From Octopus sinensis (taxonomy: Eukaryota): DNA of 64,000 bases. This document shows, in pieces, positions 55,449 to 64,000 of the stretch (positions within the stretch are counted from its first letter, which is position 1; each line of letters starts with the position of its first letter). The notes below the pieces were generated by a model that was given only the letters and a program-made list of their open reading frames with translations, searched no databases and was not told the origin of the DNA. The stretch covers positions 61,318,001 through 61,382,000 of the forward strand of contig NC_043000.1 in NCBI RefSeq assembly GCF_006345805.1, written 5' to 3'. The translations under genes were made by a program, and so were the position numbers.

Positions 55449-57051
55449 ATGAATATCGGTGAAATGAACGCTGCAACCACGTGTGGTAAAAGCCCTGTCA
55501 CCACGGCCACCACCACCACTAACAACAGCAACCACGAGACTAATACTGCTACCACCACCACCTCCACCACCACCACTACCACGACCAACATAAATGATAA
55601 AAATAAAACTCACACGAAAACTATTGACAAAAACAACAGCAACAACAAGAACAACAATAAAAATGAACTATCTAATAGTGAAGATGTTAATACAAAAAAA
55701 TCAACAACAGTAAATTTCGCGGACACTCTTCGCCAGAAGAAGGAGATTGTAACATTTACAAATGAAGAGCTCATAGAAACAAGAGCTCTCTTTACAACCC
55801 GTGGACAAGATTTAGTGCTGCATACATCTCACCACATAAAGCAAGAAATAGAAAATAAGAAAATAAAATTATTAGAAAAAACAAAAAACTAAATGAACAG
55901 ATTACAAAAACTGATGTAGAAAAATGTTTAAAATACATAATGAAAGAAAAAGAATATATAAACAGGGTACCCAGTTTAACACAGTAGTGGTCCGCTTCCC
56001 TAACCAGGAAGTGGCAAAAGCTCACTCTACTGAGTCTCTGGGAAATGATGAAATCATCATGGTCCCATACTATAAAAACCAGAGAGTGAGTCGAATCACT
56101 ATTAAAAATGTACCTCCCGAGCTTCCTAACAAATGGATAACAGGGGCAATCTGTTACCATTTAAAAAATATCAACATTTTAGAAACCGCCGTGTACCCTG
56201 GCGACATTTGGGGTGGGAAGACAATAGTGGTGACCATACAAATTGAGGGGGCCGCTATCGAGAGCCTACCGGATAAGATCCACTTGGAAAATGGGCAATG
56301 CTTATATGTTGTGGCAGAAGGCAAAAAGCCTAGATGCTACAAATGTGGCAGCCCCGAACATTTAATTGCCAAGTGCGATCTGTTACAGAAAAAACAAGAA
56401 AGAACAAATCAGAAAACAAATAAAATCCCTTTGTTGCCAACACCAACACCAACACACTCAATTATGGAACAATGCCAAGAAAAACAACAAACCAGCAAAC
56501 AAACCCCAACAACATCACCAAGAAAAGAAACAGTAACAACACAATCACCGTTGACTTCACAACCAATTAAACATGTTGAATCAACAAAAAATAGACCAAC
56601 ACCCACACCCAGGACGACAATTAAAAAGACAGAAAACAGTGACGAGAAGACAAATGCTACCCCTAACACCACAACAACACAAACACCGCACAAAACATCA
56701 ACAATTTATACAAGCATACATAGTAATGCAAATGCTTTGCCTCTACCCCATACTGATACGTCGGACGACGAAAGTTCGACGGAATGGCAAATAGCCACAG
56801 GGGGTAAAAGAAAAAGATCCAAAAAATCCACCAAACAAGGAAGTAAAGCAGGGAGATATCTAACAGAGGACAACATCCCCCTAGACAATCAAAAAAGTAA
56901 TGAACCCGTGAAACCACACACACAACTAACTGCAATAGACACAGACAATACAGAATTAATGGACTACATCACACCCAACATGGTCATCTGTGAAGATGAC
57001 TTTAAGACAAACAAGTCATACCACCGAAACACATCAGAATTTTACACATAA
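55449..57051 (+). CDS. Tx1 ORF1 (gag-like nucleic-acid-binding protein), split by frameshift(s) near 55880-55965
   Basis: RVSRITIKNVPPE (RRM-like), CYKCGSPEHLIAKC zinc knuckle, Thr/Gln-rich C-terminus. Confidence 0.8.
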
Positions 57052-57265
57052 CACAAGCACAACACCACATACTGAAAACAATATTTCCGAATGCGGTAGG
57101 CGGGTATCAACGATACCTGTCGAAAAAACTATACAAACACCTCATCAAAAACAATACAAAAGAAGAGGAAAAAATGAAACTTTTAAAATGAGTAAGTGAC
57201 CTCCCTTCTTGCTTCTTGTCTCTTCTAATGTAGTGTGTAAAACACAATTTTCGTAAATGTCAAGT

Positions 57266-60200
57266 ATGCTTAAATTAGGTTGTGTGAATGCGCGTAGCTT
57301 GGCGTCGGCTTGGAAGCAAGGTTACCTTCTAAACGACATCAAGTCACTGGACGTGGATATAGTAGCTATCAGTGAAACCAACTCAGTAAGCCGCGGGCCT
57401 CGAGTCCATGTTTGGCAATCAATTTGACATTTATTTTTCTCCCTGTCTGCCGAACATGGGTGGTGGAGGTACTGCGGTGCTTTTTCGAAAGAGTCTAAAG
57501 GTAAAAGTAAGAGCAATATTCCTAGACCTGGAGGGTAGGCTGGTTGTCTTGGACGTGGATGGCAGAAATGGGTGTGCATTCCGTCTGATGGCAGTTTATG
57601 CACCGTCCTTAACGGGTCGGGCGGATTTCTTCAGACGTCTAGAGGTTTTCCTGGGTACGTCTAGACCTTTACTGTTAGTAGGGGATTGGAACGCTACCTG
57701 GACACGCATCTAGATTATGTGGGAAGGGATAGGAATAGAAGGGGGTGTAAGAGCCTCAAAGACCTGCTCAGACGTTTCCATTTGTCTGACAGGTTCCGAC
57801 TCGACCATCCGAACGTGCCAACGTGGACTTGGACAAACCGCGTCGGATCGTCGAGATCTTATCTAGATAGAATTCTATGCAGGACAGCGGATAGGGATAG
57901 TGTAGGATGTCCACAATTTAAAATAGTCAGCTACACAGATCACAAATTTGTTACGTGTACGCTCGACTTAGATAAAACACATAGGCAGGGTCCCGGTTAC
58001 TGGAAACTGAACACGTCGCTGTTAGCGCGACAGGTTTACAGGAACCGGATTAGCGAGTTAATTAAGAGGGCGCTGACGGGAGCCGTCGTTAACAACCGCT
58101 GGTGGTATGCCCTGAAAATGGCAATAAAATCGGAATCAATTAGGTTTAGCAAGGAATTAGCGATAGAACAAAATAGAGTAGAGGTAGACTTAGTTAAGAA
58201 ACTAGAAGAGGCACTTACCACTGGCAGCGCAACCAACGTGCTGGCTGCGAGGATGGCCCTCGACCAACACCTCAACACCAAGCACGAAGGTTGCGTCGTC
58301 AGAGCTAAAATGCGTGCCTTAAGGAACGAAGGGATTGAAGCTGCGCGAGAGGCCCGGGTAGCGGAGGCGCAACGTAGAAACAGAGCCACCATTCGGTCTC
58401 TAATAGATCAACAGGGATGCAGTTTACTCGAACCCGAAAGGATGTGTGAGGCCTTTCAACAGCACTTTGCTCGACTGTTTGGTGCGAGTGGTGGGTCGGA
58501 ACGTGGGATGGATTTCAATGCCTACCTGACCGACCTGCCGCGGCTCTCGGCAAGAGAAGCGGAGTGTTGTGAAAGTCCCATCACAGCCGCTGACGTGTGG
58601 GATGCGATGGCGGGCTGCGCGAGGGATAAGTCGCCTGGATTGGATGGTTTACCCTACGAGCTGTATTGTCGAATGCCAGACTTGTTTGGCGACCTCTTGG
58701 CATCAGTCTACTGCAACTGGCAACAAAACGGGAGAATCCCCGGTTTCGTGAGCCGAGGTGCAGTGACGTTGCTGAAGAAAGACCCAAACAAGGGGAATTT
58801 TATAGATAATTTCAGGCCCATCACTCTGCTCAACGCAGATTTGAAAATTTTGGCGAAAGTAATAGCCGAGAGGTTGGCGCTTGTCATTGGTAAACTGGTC
58901 GACAGGGCGCAAACATGCGCCGTGCCGGGCAGAACCATACATGACAACCTCCATCTGATGCGCTACATTGTGGACAGGGTAGTTAAGGATCCTGGCATGG
59001 GTGGGGCGCTGATAAATTTGGATCAGTCTAAAGCCTTCGATAGGGTCGACCATCGGTACTTGGCGGCCGTCCTCAGGGCGGCTGGCTTCGGTCCCGTCTT
59101 CCGCGGTTGGATCGCTGCCTTGTATAGCGGCATCCGATCGGTGATTCGGGTGAACGGTCACCTGTCGAAACCGTTTGACATCACGCGTTCGGTCCGTCAG
59201 GGGTGTCCCCTGTCGGCGCTTCTGTATGTATTGACTCTCGAGCCGCTACTGCGGAAGCTGGCGACACTGAGGGGCATCCCACGGGAACTGGGTTGCGGGA
59301 CGAGCGTGTCGGCATATGCGGACGATGTCACCGTCATAGTGTCGAGCGACAAACACATCAAGATGATAGGCGAGACACTAAGAAAATATGAAACGGTGAC
59401 GGGAGCAAAGATTAACCCGGAAAAGTCAGTGGGTTTGCTACTCGGCACCTGGAGAAGCAAGCCCATGCCGTCCGACTGCGGCTCAGTAGTGGGACGCTGG
59501 ACGGACGGACCGGTTAAATTGCTCGGGGTCTGGTTCAGTCCGGACCTCCAAATGGATAAGAACTGGGACGAGATCACGAGTAGAGTGGTCGCTCTCAGCC
59601 AAACATGGGCCGAGAGAAAGCTGTCTCTAAAAGGCCGGGCGGAGGTGGCGAACGCGTACATCGCATCCGTCATCGATTACCGCCTGACCGTCGTACCTTG
59701 TCCCGACGTCACCATCACCAAACTGGAACGCATACTCTTCCGCTTCCTGTGGAAGGGTGGCGTTCCGATGGTGAGGAAGTCCATTTGCTGTCAACATCCG
59801 TTGAATGGAGGACTGGGCATGCCGTGGTTGATGATGCGCAGGCATGCGCTGAGACTGCGACATCTCTGGAAATTCATCGACGACGGTGAACAGGTGTGGG
59901 CGCCGTTTGTGAGGCGCGACTTCCCGCAGCTCGTCTCACTGACCGAACTGCAAACGTGGATCAAAAAGAGACCGAAACTGGGCGATTGGCACCGAGAGTG
60001 TCGCCAAGCTCTACAGCAGCTCTGCCGACCGGGGTCAAACTTGTGCAACTTACAAACGACTAAAGCGTTCTATAGAGGACTAGTGGAGGGGAGGTCCGAC
60101 GACACACTCGGGGCAAACCTGGGCGTCGACGAGGAATTCCTAACCCGCCTGTTCAGGACGACGTTCGGGCCGGGACCTATGGATAACTTCCAGAAATCCC

Positions 60201-60693
60201 TGGCTTGGCAGTGCTATCGAGACGCACTACCTGTTCGAGAGAACAGCTACAGACACGGTTCGAAAACCATCACCGGACCGACCTGCCCGAGATGCGGTCA
60301 GAGCGACGAAACCGTTCTGCACGCACTCGTGCAGTGTCCAGATATTTCAGAGCTGTGGTCCTTCGTCGAACAGCTGTTGTCACGTGTAGGTCAGGCTCGC
60401 CTATCGGCCGAGTCTATCGTGAATATTGTTCCTTTAAACGGGAAGGGAAAACGGTTTTCGTTACGCTGATGGCTATGGCGAAAGTATGTGTGTGGTGGAC
60501 GCGTTTGAAAGGACTGCAAACAAACACTTTCCTCTCTGGTCAGTCTCTCGTCAACTGTTTCAAGTACCACTTGAAAAGGAGGATGAGAATAGAGAGGAAG
60601 GCTTTGTCGAACGAATGTTTTAATAAAAAGTGGGCAAAAGTGGCAAAAATGGTCAGTATGAAAGACGACACTATTTTAAGCATAAATCTGTAA
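57266..60693 (+). CDS. Tx1 ORF2: APE endonuclease, reverse transcriptase and CCHC finger, with about four frameshifts
   Basis: MLKLGCVNARSL..DIVAISET; VYAP; GDWNA; YTDHK; PGLDG; FRPITLLNADLKILAK; LDQSKAFDRV; RQGCPLS; AYADDVTV; CPRCGQSDETVLHALVQC; end KREGKTVF..ILSINL*. Confidence 0.92.
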
Positions 60694-60981
60694 CCAAAAG
60701 AGACAACGAGAAGTAAGGCGACTTACTCATGTGTTCTTTTTCGAATTGTCTGAGGTGACCTTGGTCTTTTTTGTAGGTTTTTCTTTCCAAGGCTACACCT
60801 AAACTGTGAACCTTATATATATATATATATTGCTTTTTTATACACCACACAACCCACAGATCCCTATTGATCAAACGTTTTTTTTTTGTGCCCCACCCAC
60901 CCCACCTCGAAAAGAAAAATTCTACATTGTATTTCGTCCATTTTTATTCTGTGTTTAGCCCTGTGTGGCTACAATAAAAAG

Positions 60982-60982
<1 letters not shown>

Positions 60983-61065
<83 letters not shown>
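60983..61065. repeat. (TATC)n microsatellite, 3' flank of the Tx1 element
   Basis: Direct reading; same orientation as the 5' flank. Confidence 0.95.
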
Positions 61066-61144
61066 ACACATATGTGTATGTGCGTGAGTGTGTGTATACG
61101 TATGTATGTACGTATGTATGTATATATGTATGTATGTGTGTACA

Positions 61145-61362
61145 CGAGGTGGCGCTGAAAAGTTCCTGGATTTGGATAAATGAATGTACAGCAGGATCAG
61201 TGAATTATGATTTTATTCAACATATTTCCCTCTCAGATTCACACATTTATTGCAGCAATCCTTCACGCTTTCTAAGCTCTGTATAAGAACTCAGAATGTT
61301 GGCCCTCCAACCAGGTTTTCTTACGGCACCCTTAAAGCCATGAACCTTTCGGCACTCCCTCG
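61145..61362. mobile_element. Mariner-derived MITE
   Basis: TIRs CGAGGTGGCGCTGAAAAGTTCCTGG / reverse-complement CGAGGGAGTGCCGAAAGGTTCATGG, TA at right; minus strand keeps the transposase end CNKCVNLRGKYVE*. Confidence 0.8.
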
Positions 61363-62214
61363 TATATACACATTAATAAAGCACCGCACAGCATATATAT
61401 GTAGTTATATTCAAGTTTGATCTTGCTAGAAATAGCTACAATTTGCCCTTCTGTCTGAAGTCGTTAAAAAAAAACAATCGAGCACTCACGAAGGTAGAAA
61501 GCATTGAAACTAATCAGACAGAATCCTGTATTTGAAGGTCCATAGCGAAAAAAACATGACATTACCACATTGCCGTCAGTGAGGCTAACAAATGTGTTTC
61601 CAAAAACCACGCATTGGAAAATTTTCCTTGTATCTATATTCACAAAATTGCTGAATAGTGCAGTTGTTAATTAACACACGTTGACGACATCTGCATTTTT
61701 ATGCAAATGAAGTCAGATAAATTCAGCTACTATTTTCCCTGTAGCGTAACTGATATCTAGTGAAGAAGTAAAAGCCGCTGCTATCACAATCAGCGATACA
61801 CACACATACGTATACACATGTGCATATATCTGTGTATGTGCGTGTGTGCGTGATGTATAATATTCTGAAACGTCGAGAATGAGTACTGTGATAACTAGAA
61901 ATTGATCTTGGTTTCCTACTACCCTCGAAAATCATGCGATATGCAGTTACGTCATGCTTTTACATGCAAGTTTTAGCTGTGTCTTCTTTTAAACAGCAAT
62001 TGGCTATATTGCTCTTCTGAACAGAGATATTCTTGAGGAGTCACGAAATTACAAGAGATTTCGGAACTATTTCATTCGTTCTTCCGAGAACTAAGAGAAT
62101 TAGATCCATTCACATCTGTTTCTAATATTGCTATGAAAGATTTAAAATACGTAGTTGAAGCAGTTAAATTTATTTCTTAGGCTTTCTAATACACGCTATA
62201 TTCAGCACGATTAG

Positions 62215-62216
62215 TT

Positions 62217-62282
<66 letters not shown>
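62215..62282. repeat. (TTTC)n microsatellite
   Basis: Direct reading. Confidence 0.95.
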
Positions 62283-62283
<1 letters not shown>

Positions 62284-62394
62284 ATGTATGCTCACATATA
62301 CGTAACTTAAATGTAGCATGTATCAATGAAAAGCAAATTGCCCTGATGCACCCACTCTCTTTGCAATATATTTTGCTGTTGCGTTGTCACATAC

Positions 62395-62822
62395 TTTTCA
62401 AAAAAAATGAGGAGGGTATCTACATAAAATATCGAACAGCAAATGTTTTTAATCTGACCAGACTGAAATTCAAAACGAATGCTTCTACTTCAGTCGAGGT
62501 AACTTTTTGTACGCTGACGATTGCAATCTTGTCAGTCATTCTGAAACAGGTCTGCAATCTCTTGTATCTGCATTTGACTCGCTGGTGATGAGTTTGGCTT
62601 GACCATTAAGTTGAAAAAAAAGTGCATCAACCTGCGTGTGATGCTGTTTGTAACCCTGCTAAAATTTTTATTAAGGGAACGTTACATGAGGTTGTTGATT
62701 CGTTCGTCTACCTTGGAAGCTTTGTTCAAAATGATAGAAATCTTGATGCAGAAATACCAATCCGAGTTCAAAGGGCAACAAAAGCATTTGGTGGCTTGGA
62801 GTCACGTGTTTGGTGCCAGTGA
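62395..62822 (+). pseudogene. RTE-clade LINE reverse-transcriptase fragment
   Basis: GIYIKYRT..FNLTRLK; LYADDCNLVSHSETGLQ; FGLTIKLKK; MHQPA..EVVDSFVYLGS..LDAEI..RATKAFGGL..RVW. Confidence 0.88.
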
Positions 62823-62841
62823 CATATAAATAAGAATTCAA

Positions 62842-63160
62842 AGCTGCTCAGCCGGTAAGGTAAGATTGCCAGCACTACCAGCTTCTCCTCAACCACTTAT
62901 AGATCTTCTGGAAAGCACTTCTGTCAAGTCAAAGGATTTTCAGGACAATATCAGATAATACAACTCTGCATTTCAAATGACATCGTTTGGTACATCTAAG
63001 GAGATAGTTGAACATGGATTTACGCCAACGTTCAAAGTTCAAGGCCAAGCCTATCACCTCATTGCTTTCCTGTCACCCACAAATCAACAACTACACTTCC
63101 TTCAAATTTACTTCGTGAGTGATGTAGAATAACAAACCCGAAGGAGGCATCAAAACTTCA
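62842..63160 (+). pseudogene. Helitron RepHel N-terminal fragment with in-frame stops
   Basis: CSAGKVRLPAL..PQPLIDLL..DNIR*YNSAFQMTSFG..GFTPTFKVQGQAYH..FLQIYF. Confidence 0.85.
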
Positions 63161-63360
63161 GACGATGGCTCGTGTTTGACGCAGCTCCAACTACCGCAAA
63201 GGAGAGTATATATCCACTGACAGCTTTTCGGTAACTTTCAAAAATCACATAACCGCCACCCCCAATTTCCATGATAGATTAGGGTCAGGAATACTCAAAA
63301 CATAGGCATGACATGTCGTTAATGCTACACTTTTCCATATCACCTGTTTCAACATAACTG

Positions 63361-63395
<35 letters not shown>

Positions 63396-64000
63396 AACTA
63401 TACCATTTTAATCCCGCGTATCTCTGCCAGTTTTATATATTAAAAACTACATTGTCTAATGCCTCTTTCGTTTTTAAGATGGCAGAGCGTCATTTGAGAA
63501 AAAATATTGATTACTCTTTCGAGGAGGTTGAGTGACATCGTAAAACCTAACCTTTCAACCCATTGGCTCTATTATTGCTGTATTGGTATGTTAAAGCTAG
63601 CTCCACGACACATGCTTGTAAATACAAAAACGCATTAACTCTAATAACCACCATCAAAAAATAACTGTAAAACTAAACAAAACTTTGCCGCTAAAGCAGC
63701 AGAAATAGTAGCAATATCTACAGGAACAACAATCCATGTAGATACAACAGTTATTGCCGCTTTGAATTATTTAGTAATGTTCCACTTAAATATATTGCTT
63801 CCGTTCTGGCAGTTGCTTTTTCTTGCTACAAATCATTTCAGATCTACCAGACCTAAAAGAAAACAAAAAACACAACGAAACAAAAAGAAAAACAAAACAA
63901 AACAGAAGCAAAAAACCCCCAGAAAACCAGCTTGTTTTTCTTCTAAATACTGGCAAAGTTTGTTTTTCACATAATTTTCGATGATGTGTGCACGCTGCTA

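Larger units (their letters stand above)
55139..60982 (+). mobile_element. Full-length Tx1-clade (L1 group) non-LTR retrotransposon
   Basis: 5' UTR, ORF1 with CCHC knuckle, ORF2 with APE, RT and CCHC, 3' UTR ending AATAAAAAGT; (TATC)n on both sides. Confidence 0.95.

Noticed and set aside
57322-60048. Antisense and alternate-frame ORFs overlapping Tx1 ORF2
   Set aside because: Shadow ORFs of a GC-richer coding region, with no independent motifs.
63640-63860. Minus-strand acceptor followed by hydrophobic or Cys-rich stretches
   Set aside because: All three frames from the acceptor stop within ~22 codons; the later peptides derive from degenerate GCT/TGT-rich sequence.

Overview
AT-rich, microsatellite-dense eukaryotic DNA, most likely a coleoid cephalopod (Octopus); this is inferred from its SINE families and repeat content, not from a marker gene. 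No complete host gene, rRNA, tRNA gene or CRISPR array is supported, and most ORFs in the track are microsatellite artefacts. The window is mainly a transposon landscape. (1) Three Penelope-like elements (PLEs) of different families lie between 5.8 and 15.6 kb, all in head-to-head fold-back form and bordered by (TA)n, with smaller PLE relics at 9.5, 13.1, 20.5, 36.7 and 52.3 kb. (2) Together these carry 11 type I hammerhead-ribozyme (HHR) motifs from about 7 sequence families, with palindromic or near-palindromic helix III and some unusual cores (U3-A8, C4). One locus has three copies and could release a 2.85 kb RNA. (3) A full-length Tx1-clade LINE (55.1-61.0 kb) sits inside a (TATC)n tract, with mostly homopolymer-type frameshifts. 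(4) Also present: tRNA-derived SINEs, two mariner MITEs, and RTE/BovB, Helitron and Gypsy fragments. (5) Weak host-exon candidates include a signal-peptide exon at 1.7-1.9 kb with scrambled inverted copies and a GPI-tail-like terminal exon at 39 kb. Repeat boundaries were read by eye and are approximate to a few bases.
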